64,000 nt of DNA from an uncultured Candidatus Saccharibacteria bacterium. GTDB taxonomy: Bacteria; Patescibacteriota; Minisyncoccia; Phycocordibacterales; UBA918. The translations under genes were made by a program, and so were the position numbers. Shown in pieces: positions 1-9,655 of this stretch (within the stretch, counting starts at the first letter, position 1; the number at the start of each line of letters is the position of its first letter). Below the pieces are notes generated by a model. The model worked only from the letters and a program-made list of their open reading frames with translations. It was not told the origin of the DNA and did no database searches. The stretch spans positions 171,828-235,827 of the forward strand of contig CAZXUO010000001.1 in assembly GCA_964643955.1 (NCBI GenBank), read 5' to 3'.

Positions 1-140
1 CGGTGCGTGACCAGGTCCCCATCGGCACCTTCATGGTCGGTGGCACGGGCGACACGCCGGACGTCGCCGGCAGTCGTCTCGCGGCCTGACGAGCAGTCGG
101 CGGCTTCTCGGCCAATCGGCCGGAAGGCCTCACCAACACC

Positions 141-168
141 GGGGCCGGCGCGCTTGCGCGCCGGCCCC
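141..168 (+). other. Perfect 13-bp GC-only hairpin (ggggccggcgcgc / gcgcgccggcccc) in a high-GC patch
   Basis: Inverted repeat read directly in the sequence. Local GC is far above the window average. Confidence 0.5.
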
Positions 169-175
169 CACTACC

Positions 176-197
176 CCACCTTCACCGGTGGTTTTTT
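176..197 (+). terminator. Rho-independent terminator-like hairpin (ccacc-ttcacc-ggtgg) followed by T6. A near-identical copy lies at 900-920.
   Basis: Stem-loop followed by a T-run. A 21-bp motif, ccaccttcaccggtggttttt, is repeated 720 bp downstream. Confidence 0.45.
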
Positions 198-311
198 GTT
201 TTCAAATCACACGATCGACATTGACCAGTACGAGCCCGTGTCCTAGAGTAAATCTCATTCGAGAGGACCCACAGTGGATGCTTCTCGATCGCTCTTAAGG
301 AGGAACGCATC

Positions 312-482
312 ATGCTGAAGGACAACAACGGCAAGCCGATCGCACCGCGCGACTGCCAAGGCGAGCAGCCGCCATACACCTATCCGGTACTGCGGGAGCT
401 TCCGTCCGACTATCCCGCCGCCAATCCCAGGGAGATCGCACACACGAACGGCGGCACCGTTCCTGTAAAGACGACGCCTTGA
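312..482 (+). CDS. Small hypothetical protein (56 aa, Pro-rich) with a strong Shine-Dalgarno. It falls under the ORF-track length cutoff.
   Basis: An AAGGAGG motif at 297-303 sits 8 nt upstream of the ATG. A tandem terminator follows immediately (491-543). The codon usage is high-GC and atypical for the rest of the window. Confidence 0.4.
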   Translation: MLKDNNGKPIAPRDCQGEQPPYTYPVLRELPSDYPAANPREIAHTNGGTVPVKTTP

Positions 483-490
483 AGCCGAAC

Positions 491-543
491 GGCGGGCGCT
501 CATTTGAGCGCCCGCCGTCACCCACTCATCCGAGTGGTTTTTT
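491..543 (+). terminator. Tandem terminator: an 11-bp GC stem at 491-517, then a ccactc/gagtgg hairpin followed by T6 at 521-543.
   Basis: Inverted repeats with a T-run, located directly after the stop codon of the small ORF. Confidence 0.6.
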
Positions 544-899
544 AATATTCAAATAGTGTATCTGATGCTCGAACATTGACTTTTTATATATCTGTACTAT
601 TATGTCCACCAGTAGTTCCGAATCGATGAGCGACCTAAGTTGCTCATCGAGCAGGAGCATGTGGTATTCAACGGGTATCCCCACCCGTGGTTCAATCTGC
701 CCATCGATCCCCGGGCGCCCCAAGAGCGAATCAAGACTGCCACATGTGCCCTGCACAAGAAGGCGTTAAAGGTCAAAAACCTTTGCGCGATGCTCCCAAA
801 CCTTCGACGCCTTCTGCTAAACGGCCACGAGGTCTACAGCCAATTCGCATGACCCCCCTCAGTGCGAAAAAGCAAGGCCTCGTGGCCGTCCCTACCAAC

Positions 900-920
900 C
901 CACCTTCACCGGTGGTTTTT
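900..920 (+). terminator. Second copy of the ccaccttcaccggtgg-T-run terminator module
   Basis: About 30 bp of similarity to 169-197, including its flanking sequence. Confidence 0.4.
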
Positions 921-1365
921 ATTTTTTTGTACAAGGATTGACAAACTAAAAAAATCGTACTATCGTTGCCTTTAGTCAGTTCCCCTTGGAGGAGACGTGT
1001 GAAACGGGTGCTGCCTTTGCCCCCAGAGCAGTTCACGCCACACTATTCTCCAGGCATGGAGCACCTCGTTGCTTTCAAGCCGCCGCTCGCCCACATGGGT
1101 TGTCTGCGGTCCCCCGACGATGTGTTCCGTGGCGGCGCACGGGAAAGCCATATGCCTCCTCTTGGCAGACCCGTGCGCCGCACCCATCCTTCCTCGCATT
1201 ACCTGCGGGGATTTTCTATACCAAGAACCTAGACGGATGCGCTTTTTTGTAGTACATTGGCCACGTTCCAATTTATTAGTTCTCGGAGCGTATCGAGTAA
1301 TCCCGCGCATATGCGCACGGCCACGAGTATCGGCTGCGCGGAGCGATACGTTTCAGAAAAAAATC

Positions 1366-2508
1366 ATGAACACCACAACAGACGAGCAAATGCTCGCCGC
1401 AGAAGAAGCGTTGGACGCGAAGGAAGAATTAAAGAAGAACAGCCCGATGCATGCACTCGTGGCTGAGAGCCCAATGCCGCCAAAAGTAGGCGACGTTGTC
1501 GAAGGTACCGTCGCAGCCATTGGCCGCGCACGTGTCTTTGTCGATTTGCCACCATTTGGCTCAGGTATTATCTACGGTCGCGAGTACATGAATGCGCGCG
1601 ACATTCTCCGCAAAGTATCGGTTGGAGATACGATTGCCGCAAAGATCGTAGACGCCGGCAATGCCGACGGACATATCGAGCTCTCCCTCAAGGAGGCACG
1701 ACAGGCGCTCATCTGGAGCGATGCTGAAGAGGCTGCAAAGAAGCAGACTGTCCTCAACCTCGCTGTAAAAGAAGCAAACAAGGGTGGTCTCATCCTTATG
1801 TGGCAGGGCGTGTCAGGATTCCTTCCTGCCTCACAGCTTTCCGCAGAACACTACCCACGCGTTGAAGATGGCGACAAGGACAAGATCTTTACCGAACTCC
1901 AGAAGCTCATCGGTACACATCTCAATGTCGTTGTAATCACGGCAGATCAGAAGGAAGGCAAGCTCATCTTCTCTGAAAAGGGTCCGCAGGAAAAAGAAGA
2001 GAAGGAAGAGAAAGTCAGCAAGTACTCAGTGGGTGATGTTCGCGAGGGCACGGTCACCGGCGCTGTCGACTTCGGTATCTTCGTGAAGCTCGAAGAAGGT
2101 CTCGAAGGTCTCGTCCACATCTCTGAACTCGACTGGGGACTCGTCGAAGATACACGCGCACTCTACAAGGTTGGCGACAAGGTAAAAGTGAAGATCATCG
2201 AAGTGAAGGACGACAAGATCTCACTCTCAATCAAGCAACTTGAAGAGAATCCATGGGTGTCAGCAGGCAAGAAGTACAAGAAGGATGAAATCGCACAAGG
2301 CGTTATCATCAAGTACAACAAGCACGGCGCACTCGCCTCAATCGAAGAAGGTGTTGCAGGTCTCGTCCACATTTCTGAGTTTGAATCTGAGCAACAGCTC
2401 AAGAGCACACTCGAACTTGGTAAGAGCTATCCATTCAAGATCACGCTCTTTGAACCAAAAGAACAGCGCATGACGCTCTCATACAAAGAGGCACTCGCTG
2501 CAAAGTAA
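1366..2508 (+). CDS. rpsA: 30S ribosomal protein S1 (short form with four S1 domains)
   Basis: S1-domain repeats are visible (VGDVVEGTV..., GLVHISE twice, VGDKVKVKI). The in-frame region upstream (1069-1365) is non-coding leader. Confidence 0.85.
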   Translation: MNTTTDEQMLAAEEALDAKEELKKNSPMHALVAESPMPPKVGDVVEGTVAAIGRARVFVDLPPFGSGIIYGREYMNARDILRKVSVGDTIAAKIVDAGNADGHIELSLKEARQALIWSDAEEAAKKQTVLNLAVKEANKGGLILMWQGVSGFLPASQLSAEHYPRVEDGDKDKIFTELQKLIGTHLNVVVITADQKEGKLIFSEKGPQEKEEKEEKVSKYSVGDVREGTVTGAVDFGIFVKLEEGLEGLVHISELDWGLVEDTRALYKVGDKVKVKIIEVKDDKISLSIKQLEENPWVSAGKKYKKDEIAQGVIIKYNKHGALASIEEGVAGLVHISEFESEQQLKSTLELGKSYPFKITLFEPKEQRMTLSYKEALAAK

Positions 2509-2523
2509 TCGGAAGTAAAAAAT

Positions 2524-2564
2524 AAAAACCGCGCGCCCCTTTCGGGGCGCGCGGTTTTTATTTT
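2524..2564. terminator. Bidirectional rho-independent terminator (ccgcgcgcccc tttc ggggcgcgcgg, with an A-run on one side and a T-run on the other)
   Basis: Perfect 11-bp stem located between the convergent rpsA and tyrS genes. Confidence 0.8.
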
Positions 2565-2568
2565 CACA

Positions 2569-3840
2569 CTACTCCATCTTCAAGAACGCAGTCTTCTTCC
2601 CTGCGCGCATAAAAAGAATGCCGCGCGTAAATGTATCGGCAGTAACCATGAAGTCAGGTCCGCTCACAGGCACACCATTGACCGACACCGCACCACTCTC
2701 CACGAGCCGTCGCGCTTCGGATTTTGAAGGCGCAAGCCCTGCATGCACGAGTGCGGAAGATATACCAAAGCCCTGTTCAAGCTCCGTGTTCGTAACACTA
2801 TTAGGGCGCAACGAATTGACGAGCGCATGCAAGTCATCATCTGAGAGATCAGTGACAGAGAAATCTCCGCCAAAAATAATATCTGAGATACGCTCCTCCC
2901 TCCCTGCAGCATCCGCACCATGGACGAGTGACGTTACTGCGCGTGCAAGCGCACGCTGGCCGACACGTTTCTGCGGTTCCTTCGCATGCTCAACCATGAT
3001 CTCGGCAATCTCCGTGCGGGACATCAGGGTAAATATGTTGAGGTACTCCTCGAGACCATCGTCGGGCAAGTTAAACCAAAATTGATAGAACGCGAATGGG
3101 GAAGTCTTCTCCGGATCGAGCCAAACCGCATTCCCTTCTGATTTTCCAAATTTCTTCCCTGTCCGTTTATCTTCAATAATCGGCGTCGTAAGCGCGTACG
3201 CAGATGCGCTTTCCTTCCGTCGGATGAGATCAACACCTGAGATGATATTCGCCCACTGATCAGACCCACCGACCTGCAGGTCGACACCTTCAGTTTTGTA
3301 GAGATGAAGAAAATCGTATCCCTGCAAGAGTGAGTACGAAAACTCCGTAAATGAGAGCGCATCTTCTGCCTCAAGGCGCTTCTTGATGATGTCGCGCTTC
3401 ACGAGCTGATTGACCGTGAAGTGTTTTGCAATGTCGCGCAAAAATTCAATGATGCCGAGCTTCGTAAGCCAATCGGCGTTGTTGAAAATCTCGTACTGTT
3501 TATCACCGAAGATGCCGCTCAATTGCTTTTTGATCGCACTCGTATTTTTTGCAACGGTCTCATCATCGAGGAGCACGCGTTCGCCGCTCTCGCGTGGATC
3601 GCCGATCATACCTGTGCCTCCACCAACGATAAACACAATCTCATGCCCCGCGTCTGCAAGGCGCTTCAAGAGTAATACGGGCACGAGATTACCGACCTGA
3701 AGAGAATCTGCAGTTGGATCGATACCGAGGTACGCCTTTCGCTTTTCAGCGAGAAAAGCATTTGCCTCACCACCCCCTTCCTGACTTATGAGACCTCGAT
3801 CACGGAGATCCTGTGCGATATTTTCGACTGACATAGTCAT
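2569..3840 (-). CDS. tyrS: Tyrosyl-tRNA synthetase
   Basis: Class I aaRS with a HIGH-like region, the motif KFGKSEGNAVWLD (the KMSKS equivalent) and a C-terminal S4 domain. The start is probably at MTMSVENIAQDLRDRGL. The ATG at 3864 is an alternative. Confidence 0.85.
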   Translation of the reverse strand: MTMSVENIAQDLRDRGLISQEGGGEANAFLAEKRKAYLGIDPTADSLQVGNLVPVLLLKRLADAGHEIVFIVGGGTGMIGDPRESGERVLLDDETVAKNTSAIKKQLSGIFGDKQYEIFNNADWLTKLGIIEFLRDIAKHFTVNQLVKRDIIKKRLEAEDALSFTEFSYSLLQGYDFLHLYKTEGVDLQVGGSDQWANIISGVDLIRRKESASAYALTTPIIEDKRTGKKFGKSEGNAVWLDPEKTSPFAFYQFWFNLPDDGLEEYLNIFTLMSRTEIAEIMVEHAKEPQKRVGQRALARAVTSLVHGADAAGREERISDIIFGGDFSVTDLSDDDLHALVNSLRPNSVTNTELEQGFGISSALVHAGLAPSKSEARRLVESGAVSVNGVPVSGPDFMVTADTFTRGILFMRAGKKTAFLKME

Positions 3841-3908
3841 ACTATAGAAGATATGCCGCACCACAGCAAGAAATCAGCCAGATGCTCCTGATGGTATAAT
3901 CGAAACCA

Positions 3909-4817
3909 ATGACTGCTTTTGTACGCCCCCTGAAGCTCGGATCGATCCTCCTCCTTGCCGTCCTCACCTTTTTTGCGTGGACGATCTCCGCCGCTGCCGC
4001 AGGCACTGCGCTTGAGGACGCAACCGTCAATCTCTACTGTCAATTCAAAACAGGGAACAAAACCTTTAGTTCAAGCGGCAGCGGCGTCTTTGTAAGCGAG
4101 CGCGGCGTCATCCTCACCAACGCCCATGTTGCAAAATACTTTCTTCTGCAAGGCAAAGAAGGGAAGACAACCGGCACGTGTTCGGTCCGCACCGGCTCTC
4201 CTGCAAAAGCCACCTACACTGCCTCGGTCCTCTACATCTCTCCACAGTGGCTCGCTTCCTCTGCAGCAAAGACAAGCGGCACTGGTGAGCACGACTTCGC
4301 GCTCCTCTATGTCACCGGCACAACAAAGGGCGCACTTCCCTCCTCATTTCCAAAACTTCTGATGGAGCTCTTTTCTGACGCGCGCGAAGGAGAGACGGTC
4401 GCCATCGCCGGATACCCAACCGAAAAGCTCGATTTCAAAAAAGTACAAAACAAGCTCGCATTTGTGACCGCGTCCTCGACCATCACGAGCATCCGCACCT
4501 TTAGCACAAACGCATCCGCTGATGTTCTCAGCATCGCATCGTCCGCTGCAGGAAGCGCCGGTGTCTCAGGCGGACCAATCATCAATAAGGCTTCAGAAAT
4601 CGTCGGCATTGCAACAGCGCTCAGTAGTGGAAAGAAAGATCGCACGCTTCGAGCGATTACGCTGCCGTACATAAATAAGACGATCCAATCAGAGACAGGA
4701 CTCCCCCTCAATCTCATTCTCTGGGGCGACCTCCACACACGCGCGCTAAAAACAAAAGATTCAATTTCGTCCGAAACCCTCAAAACTCTCCGCACCTCCC
4801 TCTTCAAGAAAAAATAA
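3909..4817 (+). CDS. Secreted trypsin-like serine protease (S1 family, Trypsin_2-like)
   Basis: N-terminal signal/TM segment. Catalytic triad contexts are present: TNAHV, DFALL, and SGVSGGPI (a GDSGGP-like motif). Confidence 0.65.
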   Translation: MTAFVRPLKLGSILLLAVLTFFAWTISAAAAGTALEDATVNLYCQFKTGNKTFSSSGSGVFVSERGVILTNAHVAKYFLLQGKEGKTTGTCSVRTGSPAKATYTASVLYISPQWLASSAAKTSGTGEHDFALLYVTGTTKGALPSSFPKLLMELFSDAREGETVAIAGYPTEKLDFKKVQNKLAFVTASSTITSIRTFSTNASADVLSIASSAAGSAGVSGGPIINKASEIVGIATALSSGKKDRTLRAITLPYINKTIQSETGLPLNLILWGDLHTRALKTKDSISSETLKTLRTSLFKKK

Positions 4818-4822
4818 TACGA

Positions 4823-5266
4823 CTAAAAATTCCCAGGAAAATCTTCTGGATTAAAGATCTCTACGAGAGGCGTCATTTGTCCGGCAAGTTTTAGTGTTTT
4901 CAATTCCTCAGGCAAAAAGAATCGAATTTCCGCACACTCCTCAGACGGAGTAAAATCAAGATGTTCAAGCTCAATGCGGTACGCGACCACAAACGAATAA
5001 AACCAATTTTCAGTACGTTCATTTTTATGACTCCACACATATACGGGAGATTTGGACATCTTCACCGTCTGCAAACCCATCTCTTCCTCAGTCTCTCGAT
5101 TAAAACCTTCTCGGATGTCTTCACCAAAATCCAAGCCGCCGCCCGGCAATTCCCACTGGTCCTTACGACGTGTCTCGCGAATCATGAGCAGCTTTCCATT
5201 ACGAACACACAAACCTTTGATAGTCACTCTATAGAAAGCATCAGGAAAGAGAGGTGATTGCGCCAT
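4823..5266 (-). CDS. NUDIX hydrolase
   Basis: Nudix box GGGLDFGEDIREGFNRETEEEMGL. Confidence 0.7.
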   Translation of the reverse strand: MAQSPLFPDAFYRVTIKGLCVRNGKLLMIRETRRKDQWELPGGGLDFGEDIREGFNRETEEEMGLQTVKMSKSPVYVWSHKNERTENWFYSFVVAYRIELEHLDFTPSEECAEIRFFLPEELKTLKLAGQMTPLVEIFNPEDFPGNF

Positions 5267-5271
5267 GAATA

Positions 5272-5847
5272 CTAGTTGAACTGATTCATCGCCTGTACGT
5301 GTCCTTCAGCCATGATGATGTCGATTGCTTCAGTGATCTTTTTTGAAACTTTTTTAAGAACGTCGAGCTCAGCTGTTTTGAAATCTCCCATAAGAAAATC
5401 AAGGATCTTCTGCTCACCTTTTGGCTTGCGGAGTTTCCCTGTCGGCGTCGCCGGACAAATACCCACGCGAATACGCACAAAGTCTTTTGTCTTCAGCGTC
5501 TTGATGATTGACTCCACGCCATTATGACCGCCCGAGCTACGCCCAAACGAAATCTTGATCGAGCCGAGTGGAAGATCCATGTCGTCGTATACGACGACGA
5601 GATTCTTTGCTTTTTTTGCGCTCGTCACTATTTTTGCGACCGCGCTCCCCGACTTATTCATAAATGTTTCAGGGAACATGAGAAAAGCGTCATCAGCTTC
5701 TGAAATAAGTGATACATATTTTGCAGACGCAACAGGCGCGGGCATATCATGCGCCTTGAGGAATGCCGCAAGGACAATCCTGCCGGCATTGTGACGCGTC
5801 ATTTCATATTTTTCTCCTGGATTTCCTAATCCAACGATGTAGTGCAT
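5272..5847 (-). CDS. pth: Peptidyl-tRNA hydrolase
   Basis: MHYIVGLGNPGEKY...HNAG...GGHNGV motifs. The start is set at the internal Met. Confidence 0.85.
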   Translation of the reverse strand: MHYIVGLGNPGEKYEMTRHNAGRIVLAAFLKAHDMPAPVASAKYVSLISEADDAFLMFPETFMNKSGSAVAKIVTSAKKAKNLVVVYDDMDLPLGSIKISFGRSSGGHNGVESIIKTLKTKDFVRIRVGICPATPTGKLRKPKGEQKILDFLMGDFKTAELDVLKKVSKKITEAIDIIMAEGHVQAMNQFN

Positions 5848-5920
5848 ATCCGAAACATTGTACCTCAAATGCCAAAAACTTGTCTCGATCAAAACTTAGG
5901 AATATACTAGTGCCAATCGT

Positions 5921-6559
5921 ATGGATAATCACTTCACATCGTCGCGTGATACCAACGTCCCTCCTCCTTCAGAGTCGCAGCCCGAACCAAAAAACAAGAA
6001 AAACGAAAGCTTCTGGGGCGAGCTCGCACGTTTTGCGATCATTGCTGTGATTGTCGTGTTTCCGATTCGCATGTTTATCGCGCAGCCGTTTATCGTCTCG
6101 GGCGCATCGATGGAGCCAACCTTCCAAAACGGCCAATACCTCATCGTTGATCAGATCAGCTACCGCATGGAAGCACCACAGCGCGGTGACGTCGTCATTT
6201 TCCGCTATCCGCGCGATACCTCAAAGTTTTTCATCAAGCGCATCATCGGCCTCCCGGGAGAAACGATAAAAATAGAAGGGGACAGCATGCTCATTTATAA
6301 TCTCGCGCATCCAAACGGATTTGCTATCGACGAAACGTACGTCGAGCACATGGAAAAAGAATCATTTGTGACCCAGACGCTCGGCCCTGACGAATATTTT
6401 GTGCTCGGCGACAATCGCGACGCGAGCTCGGATTCACGCATCTGGGGCATCTTGCCGCGCGAAAATATCGTCGGTCGCGCATTCATCCGGCTCTTCCCTG
6501 TCTCTGAACTTGAGGTGTTCCCGGGACACATCGTGCCCGAAGAAGTTAATCGCTCTTAG
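5921..6559 (+). CDS. lepB: Signal peptidase I (P-type, Ser/Lys dyad)
   Basis: GASMEPTF, KRIIGLPGE and GDNRDASSDSR boxes. Confidence 0.8.
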   Translation: MDNHFTSSRDTNVPPPSESQPEPKNKKNESFWGELARFAIIAVIVVFPIRMFIAQPFIVSGASMEPTFQNGQYLIVDQISYRMEAPQRGDVVIFRYPRDTSKFFIKRIIGLPGETIKIEGDSMLIYNLAHPNGFAIDETYVEHMEKESFVTQTLGPDEYFVLGDNRDASSDSRIWGILPRENIVGRAFIRLFPVSELEVFPGHIVPEEVNRS

Positions 6560-6571
6560 TTCCTGAAACAC

Positions 6572-7741
6572 ATGTCTACACTTTCTCCCGTCGATTTTCT
6601 TAAGCTTGCACACCAGACCGCATACCATTTTGGATTTACGCACATCCAATCACTCAAAAGTCCTGAGCGTGCAAAGAAAATGGCGCGTATCCCGAAAGTG
6701 GGTATGCAAGAGCGACGCATCGACGCATTTGGCGGAGCGCTTGTGTGTGGTGTGACGAACTACCTCGAGAAAGCACTCCATGCAAGCGAGCCTGCATTTT
6801 TCTTCTCAACACAAGAAATGCCGCGCACGAAAGAAATCGCGCTCAACCTCCAGATTGTCGGCGTTAAAAAGAGTATTGCAGAATCGATTCTCATCCAGAC
6901 CATTAGGTCGCTCATCCGTGACGCAGGGTATCCAAATACCTCTATTCGCATCAATTCTCTCGGCGACAACGACTCGACCACGCGCTACCTCCGCGAGCTT
7001 ACGAGTTTTTTCAAAAAACGGCTCGAAGACATGCCGCCGCACGCGCGCGAACTCATGAAAGAGAGTGTACTCACGACACTTCTATATCTGATCGAACACG
7101 ATCACGAGATTGCCGCAAAGAGCCCGAGCCCGCTCGAGTATCTGAGCGACGCGAGCCGCCGACACTTCCGCGAGATCATCGAGCATCTCGACATGACGGA
7201 AACTCCGTACGAGATTGACACGCGCCTCGTCGGACACAACCACTGCTACTCAGATGCGATCTTCTCGCTCGATGTACGAGATGAGGAAAACAACCCGATT
7301 GCCGAGGCACCATTTACCATCCGCGGCGGACGTATCGACGCATTCACCAAGCGCATCCTCAAAGTCGATGTCCCTGCAACGGGCGCCGTCATCATCTTGA
7401 ATAGCAAGAAAGCGCCTGCCCGTATGCCGCAGCCGAAGATCGCTGCATGCCCTTCGGTATTCCTCGTACAGCTCGGTTTTGGTCCAAAAATACGAAGCCT
7501 AATGCTCGTCGATACGCTCCGGCACGCCGGTATCCGCGCGCACCAGGCCTTTGCGAGCGATTCACTCGGTGAGCAGCTCCGCCAGGCAGAAACCCTCGGC
7601 GTGCCGTATTCTCTCATCCTCGGCCAGAAAGAATACGTCGAAAATAGCGTGATTGTGCGCGATATGACCTCCCGTTCCCAGGAACACGTCCCATTCCCCG
7701 ACCTCGTACCCCACCTCCGCCGCACCCTCAAAATACGCTAG
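6572..7741 (+). CDS. HisRS-like class II aaRS paralog. It has HisRS architecture with an anticodon-binding domain, but its motif 2 is degenerate.
   Basis: IRINSLGD matches the HisRS LELNSLG region. The C-terminal about 100 aa match the class II anticodon-binding fold (VFLVQLGFGPK...GVPYSLILGQKE...VIVRDM). The FRHERPQ.GR motif-2 arginines are replaced (FFFSTQEMPRTKE). Confidence 0.5.
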   Translation: MSTLSPVDFLKLAHQTAYHFGFTHIQSLKSPERAKKMARIPKVGMQERRIDAFGGALVCGVTNYLEKALHASEPAFFFSTQEMPRTKEIALNLQIVGVKKSIAESILIQTIRSLIRDAGYPNTSIRINSLGDNDSTTRYLRELTSFFKKRLEDMPPHARELMKESVLTTLLYLIEHDHEIAAKSPSPLEYLSDASRRHFREIIEHLDMTETPYEIDTRLVGHNHCYSDAIFSLDVRDEENNPIAEAPFTIRGGRIDAFTKRILKVDVPATGAVIILNSKKAPARMPQPKIAACPSVFLVQLGFGPKIRSLMLVDTLRHAGIRAHQAFASDSLGEQLRQAETLGVPYSLILGQKEYVENSVIVRDMTSRSQEHVPFPDLVPHLRRTLKIR

Positions 7742-7800
7742 AAACAGAGCCCTATCCCCGCTTGCAGGAGGCTGTACTTCGTGGTATTCTCGTTGGCACT

Positions 7801-8040
7801 ATGGCTATAAACGTAGAAGTAGCAAAAAACGGATCTGAAAGCACAGCGAACCTCATTCGCCGCTTTACGAAGCGCATGCAAGGCGCTGGTATTGTCCAAA
7901 AAATTCGCGGCGGTCGCTATTTCAAGCGCATCAAGTCTGAAAACGTAAACCGCAAGGCAAAGCTCATCAAGCTTTCAAAGCAGGAGAAATACGAAACACT
8001 CCTCAAGCTCGGCAAGATTCAGGATCCACGCAGTCGCTAG
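7801..8040 (+). CDS. rpsU: 30S ribosomal protein S21
   Basis: A MAINVEV start, then RRFTKR...G...KR..YF.K....R+ in a basic pattern typical of bS21. Confidence 0.65.
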   Translation: MAINVEVAKNGSESTANLIRRFTKRMQGAGIVQKIRGGRYFKRIKSENVNRKAKLIKLSKQEKYETLLKLGKIQDPRSR

Positions 8041-8041
8041 T

Positions 8042-8434
8042 TTGTGTCTCGTGATGCCTGGATTCTCCATCGCACATACGACCCGCAGCTACCCGCGACT
8101 CCCCTACGAAGCAATCAAAAACGACGTCCTCGGGACGTCGTATATGCTTTCTCTCGTCTTCGTCGGTCCACGTCGCGCACAGGCACTCAACAAGCGCACG
8201 CGCAACAAAGACTACGTTCCCAATGTCCTCTCATTTGAGATAGATAGCGATCACGGAGAAATCTATATCACTCCTGCAATTGCAAAAAAAGAAGCGCGTC
8301 TTCGCGGCATGACGGTGCGCGGATACATCGGTTTTTTATTTATCCACGGATTACTTCATTTGAAAGGAATGCCGCACGGAGATAGAATGGATGAAGCCGA
8401 GCAACACTATTGCACTCGGTACAACCTCGCGTAG
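8042..8434 (+). CDS. ybeY: rRNA maturation endoribonuclease YbeY
   Basis: HGLLHLKGMPHGD zinc-binding motif (H..H.....H). The start codon is uncertain (TTG at 8042 or ATG at 8054). Confidence 0.7.
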   Translation: MCLVMPGFSIAHTTRSYPRLPYEAIKNDVLGTSYMLSLVFVGPRRAQALNKRTRNKDYVPNVLSFEIDSDHGEIYITPAIAKKEARLRGMTVRGYIGFLFIHGLLHLKGMPHGDRMDEAEQHYCTRYNLA

Positions 8435-8485
8435 CATCGGCACGAGAGATACACCTCTCGTGCATGCTCGTATGTTCAACATCTC

Positions 8486-9655
8486 ATGGCAGATCGTACC
8501 ATCACAGGCATCGACGTCGGCACCTATCAGGTGAAGGTCGTTATTGCGCGCCACCCAAAAAAGGCGGGGCCGCAATCGCTCCCGCACATCATTGGTACCG
8601 GCTACGCAGAATCACGCGGCATGCGCCACGGGTACATTATTAATGAGAGTGATGTTGTAAAGAGTGTTCGTACCGCAGTCTCTCAAGCAGAAAAAGCCGC
8701 CGGTATCGAGGTGAAGCGCGCCTACCTCTCGATCGGCGGTATCGGACTCGATGAAATCCGTTCATATGGCGAGGTCATCACCTCGCGCGCTGACTCAGAA
8801 ATATCGCCGATCGACGTAGAAAAAGCGATGGCTGACAGTGAGGAGCGCATCCAAGAAAAGATCCCCAATCGTAAGGTCCTCCACGCAATCCCACTTTCCT
8901 TTTCAGTCGACAACGAAAAGGCGCTCGGTCGAGTCGTCGGCCTCAAAGGCACTAAGCTCGAAGTCGAATCACTTTTCATCACCTGTTTCGAGCAGCACTT
9001 GAATGACCTCGTGAGTGCAATCGAGTCGACCGGTATCGCAGTTGACGACGTCATGGCATCGCCACTTGCCGGAAGTCTTGTCATGCTGACCAAGGCTCAG
9101 AAACGTGCCGGCTGCGTACTCGCCAACATCGGCGCAGAGACCGTCTCGATCGTCGTGTTTGAAAACAACACACCGATCTCGATGAAAGTCTTTCCGATCG
9201 GATCAACCGATATCACCAACGACATCGCGCTCGGCCTCAAGATTCCACTCGAAGAAGCAGAGAAGCTGAAGCGCGGACATTCTGCCGGTGTCACCTACTC
9301 AAAGCGCAAACTCGATGAAATCGTCGGTGCGCGCCTTTCAGATATTTTTGAACTCATTGACGCACACCTCAAGAAGATCAAACGTGACGGACTCCTTCCT
9401 GCCGGCATCATCATCACTGGCGGCGGCTCAGGTATCGCCACTATCCAAGACCTTGCAAAAGCATCACTCCGCCTCCCCTCACGTATCGCTACACTCGATC
9501 CCGGACAAAACGGAAAGGTCCGCGATGCTTCATGGGCGGTCGCATACGGACTCTGCATGTGGGGCTTCAGCGGCGAAGAAGAAGAGAGCGGCATCCGCAT
9601 CGCGCGCAACACCGGAAGCTCGATCCTCACGTGGCTCAAGCAATTCCTCCCGTAA
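8486..9655 (+). CDS. ftsA: Cell division protein FtsA
   Basis: Actin-fold motifs ITGIDVGTYQVKVV, SIGGIGL and IITGGGSGIA. Its position immediately upstream of ftsZ supports the call. Confidence 0.85.
   Translation: MADRTITGIDVGTYQVKVVIARHPKKAGPQSLPHIIGTGYAESRGMRHGYIINESDVVKSVRTAVSQAEKAAGIEVKRAYLSIGGIGLDEIRSYGEVITSRADSEISPIDVEKAMADSEERIQEKIPNRKVLHAIPLSFSVDNEKALGRVVGLKGTKLEVESLFITCFEQHLNDLVSAIESTGIAVDDVMASPLAGSLVMLTKAQKRAGCVLANIGAETVSIVVFENNTPISMKVFPIGSTDITNDIALGLKIPLEEAEKLKRGHSAGVTYSKRKLDEIVGARLSDIFELIDAHLKKIKRDGLLPAGIIITGGGSGIATIQDLAKASLRLPSRIATLDPGQNGKVRDASWAVAYGLCMWGFSGEEEESGIRIARNTGSSILTWLKQFLP

Noticed and set aside
7-525. Several overlapping ORFs (7-246 +, 182-379 -, 255-521 -, 310-525 -) in the GC-rich first 500 bp
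   Set aside because: These are typical spurious long frames in high-GC DNA. They have no RBS and no motifs, and they overlap the small ORF that has a perfect SD and terminator.
640-941. ORFs 640-852 and 687-941 (+) between the two repeated terminator modules
   Set aside because: No RBS and no recognisable motifs, and the two frames overlap each other. A real small gene cannot be excluded, but there is no positive evidence.
938-963. Putative sigma70 promoter TTGACA...TACTAT
   Set aside because: The spacer is only 14 nt. It lies 400 bp upstream of rpsA and is unsupported.
1069-1365. The in-frame N-terminal extension that makes rpsA appear 479 aa long
   Set aside because: The extension is Cys/Pro-rich and unlike S1. 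The conserved S1 N-terminus begins at the ATG at 1366.
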